A DNA stretch of 64,000 nucleotides, taken from the NCBI GenBank assembly GCA_964016885.1, contig OZ024745.1, forward strand, positions 5,518,001 to 5,582,000, in the 5' to 3' direction. Numbering within the stretch: position 1 is the stretch's first letter; each line of letters opens with the position of its first letter. This DNA is from Eledone cirrhosa (taxonomy: Eukaryota). Of this stretch, positions 43,636-54,208 are shown piece after piece. The notes beneath the pieces are model-generated. The model made no database searches and was not told the origin of the DNA. It worked only from the letters and a program-made list of their open reading frames with translations. The translations under genes were made by a program, and so were the position numbers.

Positions 43636-44729
43636 TTTAGTCACTTCTTACACATGCAGGGATACAGTGTGTACCTATTCTAAACTGAATATACACTTAA
43701 CGATATTCATAAATATGTTTACACTCATGCAGATAACATTTTACTCATCTCTCATAGTTACGTCACTCCCCTCACATTTCTTTTCAAAAACTATTCCACT
43801 TTATATCTCTACAATTCCCTCTCTACTTCCTCTAGGATTGTATCACTCAATCATTTGTTTACAATAGAAAAATAATACTAAATTGTCGGTCTTACTTCCC
43901 ACTACATCTTTAACAACCACTACATCTTGACCTACCTGTCCCTCTTACATCGTCTATCTTTGCTCAACACATTCAAGTAAGTCCCTTCACTATTAATATC
44001 ACCAACACCTGTTTTCATTACCAAACACCTACCCACCCACTTCAGCAAACATCTTCTTTCTTACAGGCGTTCGTTAATCATTAACATTAAAATGAACTGC
44101 TTCCCTTTCATCTCACAGTCCCAGCCACTCTCTGTATAGAAGATTTCTCTAGAACTGCTGACCTTCTAGGTTATCCTATCCTAATTGATTGCTTGATACA
44201 CAGCTAAATTTACGCTACATCCACTAATAAGAATTTGCCTTCTGTCTGCTGCCTGGCCACAGACAAACAGCCGATGATAAACAAGCAAGACATGAAATAC
44301 ATTAACAAGAGTGTTGCAGTTCTTTTGAAGTTTAGTCAGATTCTGTGCATTTAGAAGACAAAGGTTATAAAATGAATGACCCTTGTCTTCTAAACACTCG
44401 GCTAAGGCCACAGGTCTTTTTCTCACTGACATATAGCAATAGGTAAGTTTCCTTCTAACTTTACATCATTAAAAATGAAGCTATTGAGGAAAGTATTAAT
44501 TTTTCTCTGACACAAATAAATTTACTTCTAAGAACAAAGTAAACTAGATAATAGAAAAGAAGCACCAATTCCATGGTAAATCTGCCAACAGACTCTATAT
44601 GATTGCATCTGGTTTATTGACTTGAGACTGGATCAATTCTATGCCATAAGAATATAATTTCAATTTACCTAATTATTAATGTAGAGAGACAACAGGGTTG
44701 TCAATATTATGTACTGAATACAAGATGAT

Positions 44730-44905
44730 AGATTGACAGAATTGGTAGAGCAGCAGATAAAATATCATTACAGCATTTCATCTGGTTCTTTACATTTGGG
44801 GTTCAAATCCTGCTGAGGTCAAATTTGCCTTTCATCCTTCTGGGGAGGGGTGGGGTCAATAAAATAAAGTACCAGTCAAGTATTGGGGTTGGCTTGATCA
44901 ACTTT
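44730..44905 (+). mobile_element. tRNA-derived SINE
   Basis: GACAGAATTGGTAGAGCA (A-box-like), GGGTTCAAATCC (B-box), GAGGTCAAATTTGCCTTTCATCCTTCTGGG...AATAAAGTACCAGTCAAG. Confidence 0.75.
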
Positions 44906-45439
44906 GTCTTTTCTTCCAAAGAATTGCAACTGGTAGTATCAACAATTGAAAGACCAATAGAAACATCGTTTCCTTGATTTAATGAGTTCCACCCCATTCT
45001 GAATGAGGTCTGTGATCTTGATGATTGACCCCCTTGCCCCAGGAGGCACAACATAGTTTTAATCCCTCAATTATAAAATTTCAACTCTATGCCTGATGAT
45101 GCCCCTGGGACCACTAACCTAGGATGACCCCAGTCTCATCAAGCCAGAGAAAACAGAAGGAGAAATAAAATTACACTGAACAAAATATAAAAAGATAAAA
45201 AAAGAGAGTTGAATCAAAAGCAATCCTCTATTATTACAATGTTAACTCTTGCAGCTTCAAGCTATGTCTTTTCTCTGCTTTTCCTACTATTGTAAATCAT
45301 GATCTCTGCTTCATTGATCTTGGTTCACTCACTAGAACACACTATTAAATATCACCATCACACACATATTGTTGTCGCATCACTTATATACTTGAATATA
45401 AGCTGAGGAATATGTGACAAAAAGAAATTAATGGTAGAA

Positions 45440-45572
45440 GAGGGTAGACTTATATTCGAGGTCAATATTTGGATGATTTTCACCAACTTCAAATTCTATG
45501 TAAATAAAGTTTAGATTTTTGCCCTCAGACGGCTTACATCCATATTGGTTTATATTCAAGTATATTCAGTAT
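45440..45572. mobile_element. Possible decayed Tc1/mariner-superfamily (pogo/Tc2-like) terminus
   Basis: Repeated GACTTATATTCGAG / GGTTTATATTCAAGTATATTCAGTA motifs resemble subterminal and terminal repeats of pogo/Tc2-type elements; no partner end found. Confidence 0.3.
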
Positions 45573-45573
45573 A

Positions 45574-45918
45574 TGGAGGCATATGGCTTAGTGGTTAGAG
45601 CATTGGCCTTGCAATCGAAAGGTTGTGAGTTCAATTCTCAGACCAGGTGATGTGTTGTTTCCTTGAGCAAGACACTTTATTTCACATTGCTCCAGTTTAC
45701 TCAGCTGTAGAAATGAGATGATAGGGACTGGGGTCCCTATCATTCCACTGCAAAGTGGTCGTGGAGGTGCCACGGCAAAAAAAAAAAAAGCACCCAGTAC
45801 TCACTGTAAATGAGGTTGGTGTTAGGAAGGGCATCCAGCTGTAGAAATCAAGCCAGTATCAGTTCCCGTCCCACCCTTGCAAGCAGGGAAAAGCGGACGT
45901 AAAATGATGATGATGATG
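45574..45918 (+). mobile_element. Full-length tRNA-derived SINE with 10-bp target-site duplication
   Basis: A-box TGGCTTAGTGG, B-box GAGTTCAATTC, central CCTTGAGCAAGACACTTTA block, 3' GTTAGGAAGGGCATCCAGCTG...GCGGACGTAAAATGATGATG tail; ATTCAGTATA flanks both sides (45564-45573, 45919-45928). Confidence 0.88.
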
Positions 45919-46564
45919 ATTCAGTATAGTTTATATTCTCTACAAAATGCCAGAGAGTTTATAATTGTTAATAAATTTATTTGCCATGATAAATGAAAAA
46001 AAAGCCAGATGTTTCAGAAGGTCCTTTGACAAAGAACTTAGGTAAAATGCCCCTTCTTTCTCATCAGTCTCAGAACCCCTGAAAAAGGGTCAGTGACTGA
46101 CCTTCCTCTCTCATTAAATGCATGTTAATCTCATTAACAACAGTTATCAGTAAGATTCACAATATGTTTAATTTACAATATAGTTAATGTATTAACCATG
46201 TTTTAATGTATTCTTCATGATGAGAGGCCAGGTCTGACAGAATCGGGAGAGTGTCCCATAAACTGACATTGCAGATCAACTTTACTTTTTCTCTTTGCTG
46301 GGTTGATAAAATAAAATACTAATCAAGTCCTGGGATCCATATAATCGACTCCTTTGATAGTCTTGAACCTTAATTAGAAACCAATATATCATTCATCAAC
46401 GTTTTTACGACTGCCCCCCCCCCCCATGACATGGGTTATATAACTGTAATAATATAATAGACTGTAACATATATATGAAGCCACAAATTATAGAGAATCG
46501 GTTAACATCATAAACTCAGAATGTAAAGTAAAATCAATCTAGATAAGATTTGAAACCAGATAAT

Positions 46565-46748
46565 TGTTTCTACTTTAGGCACAAGGCCAGCAATTACCCA
46601 GTGTATTACTGGTACTTTATTTTATCGACCCCGTAAGGATGAAAGACAAAGTCAACCTCGGCGGGATTTGAACTCAGATCGTAAAGGCACGTAACTATGC
46701 TGGAAAGCATGGCGTCCGACCCTCTACCGATACTGCCAATCCACCGCC
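46565..46748 (-). mobile_element. tRNA-derived SINE with 17-bp target-site duplication
   Basis: Minus strand GGCGGTGGATTGGCAGTATCGGTAGAG...CTGAGTTCAAATCCCGCCGAGGTTGACTTTGTCTTTCATCC...; ATTTGAAACCAGATAAT at 46548-46564 and 46749-46765. Confidence 0.9.
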
Positions 46749-46964
46749 ATTTGAAACCAGATAATGGGATGTAACAAGACACCACAAGGCATTACCATTT
46801 CTGTTGCTCCTCCACCTCATAAAAAATATCAAGAATAATTTAAAACAATCAACCAGATCCAAGACCTCGTTCTCTTACCAAGTGGAGTCAAACATGTGAA
46901 ATTGGACCAAGGAAACAATGTTTCCATTGCTGATACTTTCTACTAGTCACAACTCCTGGCAGAA

Positions 46965-47082
46965 AGAGCAACATGAAATAAAGTGTTTTGCTCAAGGACA
47001 TAATACATCACCTGGTCTGGGAATCGAACTCACAACCTCATGATTGCAGATCCAATTTTCTAACCACTCAGCCACGCACCTT
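46965..47082 (-). mobile_element. SINE head + central block (family of 45574 copy)
   Basis: Reverse complement reads GTGGCTGAGTGGTTAG...GAGTTCGATTCCCAGACCAGGTGATG...CCTTGAGCAAAACACTTTATTTCA, matching 45580-45690. Confidence 0.85.
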
Positions 47083-47689
47083 CACAAGAATAAGTTAAAA
47101 GCTTTCAGTATTTCATACATTATACTGTCTCTCTACCACTTGTAATCCCGTCGCTGTAACGTCTTCTGTCACTATAATATACCTCTATAATGGAGTGCTC
47201 CATCTACCTCTGTAATGGACTGCTCCATCTACAACCTCTATTATGGTCTTTACTTGTTACCACTTGTCCACAGCACCACTACATCTACAACCACAATAAC
47301 TTTGTCACACTTCTACTTTCACTACAGTGGGCTTTGTTCCTCAAAACTTATTGATTATACCCAGCCTTTATTGCCCATATCTCTGTTGCTAGCCATACTT
47401 TGGTTTTCTCCTTAAAATCCATATAAAACATCTAATGCACTCCTTAATTCAAAGAATCATTGTACTGCAGAGATAAATTTTCTCTTTTTTTTCCAGGTAG
47501 CATAACCTAGCTTTCTAGTTCTTTAATCTTCATATTAACTTCGTTGATCTGAGGAAGACCTCTCTTCAGAAATCTATAGGAAATGCAGCATTTAAAAAAT
47601 AAATGTAAAACTCTTATTTCTAGTTTGATATTTTTAATGCATTAAAATTGGATATGATCATATCATTTAAACTGAGATAAATGACGCTA

Positions 47690-47895
47690 AATGTAGTTAT
47701 GAGCTAATATGGGATCTTTTACACAGTTAATCAATCTGCTAGAAATAGCATACTAATCTTTTACAAACCACACCCTACCATTTCAAAAGAAAAGGGGTAC
47801 ATTGGATAATGTAGTATTTGAGAAACTAGAAGGGATAGTTTAGGCTTTGATCATAGCTCTGGTGATTCGGGACAAACCTGGAGTTAATGACTGTG
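47690..47895 (+). repeat. Degenerate interspersed repeat (unclassified)
   Basis: CTAGAAATAGCA...CACACCCTACC...CATTGGATAATGTAGT...CTTTGATCATAG recalled as a common Octopus-type repeat; single copy in this window, not verifiable here. Confidence 0.35.
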
Positions 47896-48090
47896 AAGTG
47901 AAGTAGACTGTGAAGATGGTACTTCAACTAAACTCCCAGTCAGAAGTAAGAAAATGTTTACAAGAAACTGATGTCCTTTTCAAGAGGAGATTTGTCTCAT
48001 CTGCAATGGAAATGGAATTAAGCATTGACCCTTGTAAATAAATCCCTTAAAAGTGTGACATTTACTTAACTTAACTTTCATGTCTAGTGA

Positions 48091-49091
48091 AGACAAGGTA
48101 AGCTGGCCCTGTCCCTTGTATAAGACAAGGTAAACTGGCCCTGTACCTTGTATAAGACAAGGTAAACTGACCCTATATCTTGTATAAGACAAGGTAAACT
48201 GACCCTGTACTCTGTATAAGACAAGGTAAGCTGACCCTGTACCTTGTATAAGACAAGGTAAGCTGTATCTTGTATAAGACAAGATAAGCTAACCCTGTAC
48301 CTTGTATAAGACAAGGTAAGCTGACCCTGTACCTTGTATAAGACAAGGCAAGCTGGTCCTGTCCCTTGTATAAGACAAGGTAAGCTGTATCTTGTATAAG
48401 ACAAGATAAGCTAACCCTGCACCTTGTATAAGACAAGGTAAGCTGACCCTGTACCTTGTATAAGACAAGGCAAGCTGACCCTGTACCTTGTATAAGACAA
48501 GGTAAGCTGTATCTTGTATAAGACAAGATAAGCTAACCCTGTACCTTGTATAAGACAAGGTAAGCTGGCCCTGTCCCTTGTATAAGACAAGGTAAGCTGA
48601 CCCTGTACCTTGTATAAGACAAGGTAAGCTGTATCTTGTATAAGACAAGATAAGCTAACCCTGTACCTTGTATAAGACAAGGTAAATTGACCCTGTCCCT
48701 TGTATAAGACAAGGTAAGCTGGCCCTGTACCTTGTATAAGACAAGGTAAGCTGACCCTGTATCTTGTATAAGACAAGGTAAGCTGACCCTGTCCCTTGTA
48801 TAAGACAAGGTAAGCTGGCCCTGTACCTTGTATAAGACAAGGTAAGCTGACATTGTTCCTTATATAAGACAAGGTAAGCTGACCCTCTACCTTGTATAAG
48901 ACAAGGTAAGCTGACCCTCTACCTTGTATAAGACAAGGTAAGCTGACCCTGTACCTTGTATAAGACAAGGTAAGCTGACCCTCTACCTTGTATAAGACAA
49001 GGTAAGCTGACCCTCTACCTTGTATAAGACAAGGTAAGCTGACCCTGTACCTTGTATAAGACAAGGTAAGCTGACCCTGTTCCTTGTATAG
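48091..49091. repeat. 32-bp minisatellite (CCTTGTATAAGACAAGGTAAGCTGACCCTGTA)n with 26-bp variant units
   Basis: Period 32 (ACAAGGTAAG at 48901, 48933); short units recur every 122 bp (48261, 48383, 48505, 48627). Confidence 0.97.
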
Positions 49092-49494
49092 ATCCTGAGT
49101 TGAATTTGGGGTAACCACAGTGAATAAAGTACTCAATTCATTATATATATATATAGATAGATAATTACAATGTACTTCTAAACCAAAATTAAAAGCTCAA
49201 GACATTTAATCACTGTCAACTATTTCTTCCCACAGTAATATATCAGTAATATACCCCAGTAATATATATATATAGTTTATAAAGGAAGAAAACAAATACA
49301 GGAATGCAAAAAAAATATAAGTTAAGGGTCAAAACCCTTGCTTAAGGGGGCTTTCTTCTCTGAAGACCTTCTCCTGTCCAGCGCTCACAGGCGATGACAC
49401 AGGACCGTGACCTCTGACGTCACGCAGTAATACAGAAGACTCGACTTCCCACGAGAACAAGCCGAAGCATATAGACAATATTCCCCCACCCCCT

Positions 49495-49760
49495 CCCATT
49501 GCAAAGTGGTCGTGGAGGTGCCACGGCAAAAAAGCACCCAGCCCACACTGTAAAGTGGTTGTGTAGACACCACGAAAAAAACAAAAGCACCCAGCACTCA
49601 CTGTAAATGAGGTTGGTGTTAGGAAGGGCATCCAGCTCTAGAAATCAAGCCAAAATCAGTTCCCGTATGAACAAAACAAAGTCACCCGACCTAACATCGC
49701 CCACAACAGGATAACCCGTCTAACCCATGCTAGCGTGGAAGAATGGACGTATAGAAAGAG
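49495..49760 (+). mobile_element. SINE 3' module with internal duplication
   Basis: TGCAAAGTGGTCGTGGAGGTGCCACGGCAAAA..GCACCCAG..GTTAGGAAGGGCATCCAGCT closely matches 45749-45870; the AAAGTGGT...AAAAGCACCCAG unit is doubled; ends CCCATGCTAGCGTGGAAGAATGGACGT. Confidence 0.8.
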
Positions 49761-49889
49761 ATGAGGAGTTAAATATATCGTTTTACAACTACAAGTTGAA
49801 ATCTTCCAAGGATCTTGTTTTTACAAATGATTATAAGAAAAATACCTCAGTCGATGTGTTTGTTGCTTCGTACTTGCAGAGACATGCTT

Positions 49890-50070
49890 CTGACTTCCAT
49901 GATATAATTAAATGTCTCTTTAACACTCAATTCTCTATAAATATAAATTTATTGTCGAAAGCTGAGTTTCCGTACAGACAATAGAATATCTCGAATATCA
50001 GATAGGTCGTAGAAGAACAATTGACGAAATGTAGAACATGGTTTGTTGTTAACTGTTCTATTCCTTCTAA
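49890..50070 (-). pseudogene. Possible decayed non-LTR retrotransposon ORF2 C-terminus
   Basis: Minus-strand peptide EQLTTNHVLH...CLYGNSAF... loosely resembles the zinc-knuckle/C-terminal region of LINE ORF2; disrupted. Confidence 0.25.
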
Positions 50071-50419
50071 CAGGATTATGGAAGGAATATAGCAGGAGTT
50101 AACCTGTAATAAGTCTTTACATCTTCTTCCAGTCTGGTTCATCTCCTTGTGTTCTCGTGTGCAGAGGTTTTCACTAGAAAGTGACAATGTATTCATACGC
50201 GACTTACCATTGGTCTGTTTAACCGAATTGCATATGAAATGTTGCTATTGCGAGGTGTGACGTAGTTCCCCTACAGACATAAAACGGTGATGATGATGAT
50301 ATAAATCTATATATACATCCTGGGACTCTATATATATATACTGGTACTATATTGACGTCTGTGGGATATTGACAGATTATTGGAAAAATAAACAGATTAT
50401 GTACTTAGAAAGGGACATA

Positions 50420-51010
50420 CACCCTATATATACATGCACATATACACACATACACATATTCACACTATATGCACACATACTCATAAACGTACATACACCC
50501 TATATACACACACACAATATACACATACACCCTATATTCACTATATACACACGTGCACCAAATCTATATGGATTCACACCTGAACAAACTCTCAAATAAA
50601 TGTACATAGCCACATTTATAAACACACATGTATGTGTGTCTGTGTGTGTATCTGTGTGTGTGCATGTGTGTGTGTGTGAAGAGGCCCTTTAGTGTTTTTA
50701 ATGCATCATCACTAGTTAACGGCAATTCTCCATGCTTGCATGGGCTACACACACACATTTATATATATATGTATGTTTATATATATATATGTGTGTGTGT
50801 GTGTTTATATATATATATATATGTTTATATGTATGTGTGTGTGTGTACATAGCCCAAGGTGAAACAGTTGTTCTTGGTATGGTGAACTAACTGTTGTGTT
50901 ACTACCTCTCTCTCTCTATATATATATACGTATACGTACATATATTATATGTATATAACACATATACTATGTATATAGTATATGTACGCTATACTATATT
51001 GATATATATA
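50420..51010. repeat. Degenerate (CA)/(TG)/(TA) microsatellite patchwork
   Basis: Interrupted dinucleotide runs; small SINE-tail remnant on the minus strand at ~50700-50747. Confidence 0.85.
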
Positions 51011-51242
51011 GTTTTGCGAGGTTTTTGATATGAAATAGTGTGTCGAAACAAATATTGTTATACTTGGGGAGGGTCATATTGTTGTAATAATATTGCCAGA
51101 ATTAATAACAGAACACACTCACTGTTTGGTTGGTTTTCGCTTCTGTATCTTTTATATTAGTTAATTTATTCGGTCCTCAATGTTGCCATTGATTGACCAA
51201 CGGTAAAAAATACAGATTTAATACAGACATAAACACATATAT

Positions 51243-51296
51243 ATAGTCTAACAAAGTTCTTTCGTTGCACATCTGCAACATCGTCAGTGGTGCTAT
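51243..51296 (-). ncRNA. Degenerate minimal type I hammerhead ribozyme at PLE 3' end
   Basis: Minus strand: ATAGCACCA-CTGACGA-T-GTTGCA gatg TGCAAC-GAAA-G AA CTT-TGTTAGACTAT; canonical core and perfect 6-bp stem II, weak stems I and III. Confidence 0.65.
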
Positions 51297-51565
51297 TATA
51301 TTTCCTCCTGTTGTATTGTATGTCTACGCCATCTTTATTTAATCTGTTTATTTATTTATTTATTTATTTTTGTCTTCTTCTCTGCGCATGCGTTTGCGTG
51401 TGTGTATAGTGTTTGATGTGTGTTCGTGTTTGGGTGACTGTGTTTTGGTTATTGTATTCTATCTTAGTTTACTAGTGTGTGTTTATATGTGCTTGTGTAT
51501 ATATTTATTTATTTGTTTATATTTCTCTTAGGTCAGTATTGTTTGTTTGGGTGTTGTTATTCCAT

Positions 51566-52802
51566 TCATTTTTTTCTGTTTAGCTTTGGCCTTCTAAGTT
51601 CTATTTCACTGGCCTCTCTGATTTGCCTATCTGCTGAGTCATTTCTATGTTTAGATATTATTCTAATTATTATGTTGTCTATGTTACCGTCATGTTGTTG
51701 TCTGGCGTGTTCGTATAGTACTGAACCGTTTTTTCGTCCTTTTAGTTCCCCCCAGTGTTGGTCTATTCTTTCTCCTATGCTACGAGCTGTCTCGCCTATG
51801 TATGTTGTTGTCATGTTTCTGCAAGTACCCTCTGTACATCTTATGCTATAGACTATGTTTCTAGTTTTTCAGTTTATCTGGGGGTTTACTTTACATATAA
51901 TACATTTCCTATTAGTACAGTGGGTTTTCTTAAAAGGGTAGGTTTTGCTGATCAGGGATTTTATGGTGGTTCCTGGCTTTTCTACCACCTTAATCTTTAA
52001 GTGGGTCTTTCTCAGGGCATTTCTACACTGGTTAACTAATTCCCCTCTAGGGGTAGCGTCCACGAACACTCTGGTATCTCTGATTGTCGTACCATGAGGT
52101 GGCTTTCCCTATCTTATGTTTAGTCCTATCTAAGCTATTCCATGATTTTCTCCTGTATAATGGGAAAATTCCTTTCAAGTCCAGTTCTATGAGGGTCTTA
52201 TACTTCTCCGAGGCTCCTTCGTATACTCTGATTCTGTCTCTTTGGTTGTAGTCAGAGAACTGCATGCGGTTGATGAAGTGTTGGCTGTGTCTTTCCATTT
52301 CTGTTGGGTCGCACATGCGGGACACGTTCTTCATCACTCGTACCAAGTCTGCGATCAGAATATTAAACTTAGCACTACTGGACATTGCTTAGTTTTTGAG
52401 TATCAGGTATTTGGAGGCCATGGGTTTAGCGTAGTGTGAGTGGAGAATTTGGGCTCTCTCGTCTATAGTGTTAATCCAGAGTTCCGTGTCTAATACAGGT
52501 AGTCTATTGTTAGGGTGTTTGGAAGGGTAGTCGATAGTTACAGTTATACTCTGGTGTATGGAATTAGCTATCTGCTGGATGCTTTCCATCGTGCTATATT
52601 CTAAATCATACTTGTTAGTACTCTCTTGTAGGGATGTCCTTATTACTATATTGATGTCGTCTACGTAACGAGAGTACATGATAAGGTCTATGAAACTCTC
52701 ACCAATGAGATCTTTGAGTCTCCTTTCCCACCATACCATAAAAAGGTTGGCAACGTCACCAGCTATGCTGACGCCAATGGCTGCTCCCTCATTTTGGGTG
52801 TA
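51566..52802 (-). pseudogene. Disrupted PLE reverse transcriptase (motif 4 to thumb) + Cys-rich linker + GIY-YIG endonuclease
   Basis: YTQNEGAAIGVSIAGDVANLFMVWW, YSRYVDDI, LPVLD, HYAKPMAS, CTNRKCIIC, NIVYSIRC..YIGETARSIGERIDQH, RQIREA, LNRK. Lesions: TAA 52389-52391, frameshift ~52070, TGA 51869-51871, probable +1 in the A-run at ~51570 (otherwise LNRKNEW). Confidence 0.92.
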
Positions 52803-53019
52803 ACCATTTGGGAGCAGCCATTGGCGTCAGCATAGCTGGTGACGTTGCCAACCTTTTTACACTATATAAACTATATACAACTATAAATAGGAAAGGTCAG
52901 TAATTCATTACTACCTTATTACCAGTAAGAAAAAATAGCTGAATGTAAATACATCAGATGTTTTACAGAGCAGGAATATAAATTACACAATAATCAAAAC
53001 TATGTTCAAATCATTTTAT

Positions 53020-53066
53020 TGCTGACAATCATTTCTTCCAAACTTTCGTTTGGAATCCTCGGAGCA
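53020..53066 (-). ncRNA. Minimal hammerhead ribozyme motif, CCGAGGA core
   Basis: TGCT-CCGAGGA-TTCCAAAC gaaa GTTTGGAA-GAAA-T gatt G-TC-AGCA, then ATAAA. Confidence 0.7.
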
Positions 53067-53719
53067 CTAGCAAAGTTTGGACATATAATTAACTTCCTAT
53101 TCAACTGAATAATCATATAGATACATGGATATTAATGTTGTCATCAACAGTTTCGTATTTACAGAGTGGAATGCATGTGACAGAGATTACAAGAGAATAG
53201 TATAATAATTAAAGCAGTATAGGGAGTGCAAATGCGTTAGGCGTATACAGGACAGTTAGGTAGGAAACAAGCAATGGCACTAGGCATATATAATTACTGC
53301 ATGGCAAAGGTATCACATAAAATAACATAGGTTTACAAGCATATCAAGAAGGCAAAGGTGTTTGTGTATTAAAATTACAATTATCACACTACATCCACCA
53401 TAAACTCATAATTTTAATACACAAACATCTTTGCCTGCTTGATATGCTTGTAAACCTATGTTATTTTATGTGATATCTTTGCCATGCAGTAATTATATAT
53501 GCCTAGTATCATTGCTTGTTTCCTACCTAACTGTCCTGTATATGCCTAACGCATTTGCACTCCATATACTGCTTTAATTATTATACTATTCTCTTGTAAT
53601 CTCTGTCACATCCATTCCACTCTGTAAATACGAAATTGTTGATGACAACATTAATATCCATGTATCTATATGATTGTTCAGTTGAATAGGAAGTTAATTA
53701 TATGTCCAAACTTTGCTAG

Positions 53720-53766
53720 TGCTCCGAGGATTCCAAACGAAAGTTTGTAAGAAACGATTGTCAGCA
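53720..53766 (+). ncRNA. Minimal hammerhead ribozyme motif, CCGAGGA core
   Basis: TGCT-CCGAGGA-TTCCAAAC gaaa GTTTGTAA-GAAA-C gatt G-TC-AGCA, then ATAAA; GUC cleavage triplet. Confidence 0.7.
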
Positions 53767-53964
53767 ATAAAATGATTTGAACATAATTCTGATTATTGTA
53801 TAATTTATAATTTATATATATATATTAGAAAGTGAGGTTTTTTTTACAAAATGAAAAATAACCGAGGTGTCCTACACGAGTGGAAGTATAAAGAAAAAGA
53901 GATGAAATCGAAAATGCAACTGAAGTCTTATTTTTTTAAAAAATATATATATATTTATTTGGTT

Positions 53965-54002
53965 CCTTTACCGGTTTCGCAGTTCTTCTGCTTTTCAAAA
54001 GG
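53965..54002 (-). ncRNA. Minimal hammerhead ribozyme motif, U3-A8 core variant
   Basis: Minus strand CCTT-TTGAAAA-GCAG aagaa CTGC-GAAA-C cg G-TA-AAGG. Confidence 0.75.
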
Positions 54003-54208
54003 TGAGTTGAGATGGAGGGTCTGTGGTTTACACTATATGTGATACCTTTGCCATGCAGTAATTATATATGCCTAGTACCATTGCTTGTTTCCTACCTAAC
54101 TGTCCTGTATACGCCTAACGCATTTGCACTCTCTATACTGCTTTAATTATTATACTATTCTCTTGTAATCTCTGTCACATGCATTCAGAGACCCTCCATC
54201 TCAACTCA

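Larger units (their letters stand above)
51241..52859 (-). mobile_element. 5'-truncated Penelope-like retroelement (Naiad-like, C-terminal GIY-YIG)
   Basis: RT-EN coding remnant, A/C-rich 3' UTR, hammerhead-like motif at the 3' end abutting a TA run, 50-bp inverted duplication at the 5' truncation. Confidence 0.9.
52977..53809. mobile_element. Foldback element A: 401-bp inverted arms, 31-bp spacer, hammerhead motif near each outer end
   Basis: 52977-53377 is the reverse complement of 53409-53809 with ~15 mismatches by manual count; TA-rich flanks. Confidence 0.9.

Noticed and set aside
44181-44432. 83-aa minus-strand ORF in unique sequence
   Set aside because: No recognisable motif or exon structure; length compatible with chance.
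45097-45150. CTGATGA possible hammerhead
   Set aside because: No stem II closed by GAAA and no stem I/NUH.
45575-45650. tRNA gene
   Set aside because: Has A/B boxes but continues into a SINE body and tail with a target-site duplication; it is a SINE head.
46088-46102. GGTCA-N5-TGACC palindrome as a nuclear-receptor element
   Set aside because: Single short motif with non-standard spacing and no nearby gene; chance is plausible.
47980-49136. Overlapping ORFs up to 241 aa on the minus strand
   Set aside because: Translations of the 32-bp minisatellite.
50850-51060. GAAAC-AGTT-GTT and CGAAACAAATATTGTT resembling hammerhead 3' halves
   Set aside because: No upstream core sequence; cannot be supported.
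53195-53270. GIY-YIG-like peptide (RIV**LK..ECKC..AYTGQLGR) in the foldback A arm
   Set aside because: Multiple stops and a frameshift, and it is antisense to the arm's hammerhead, opposite to the PLE arrangement; likely chance.
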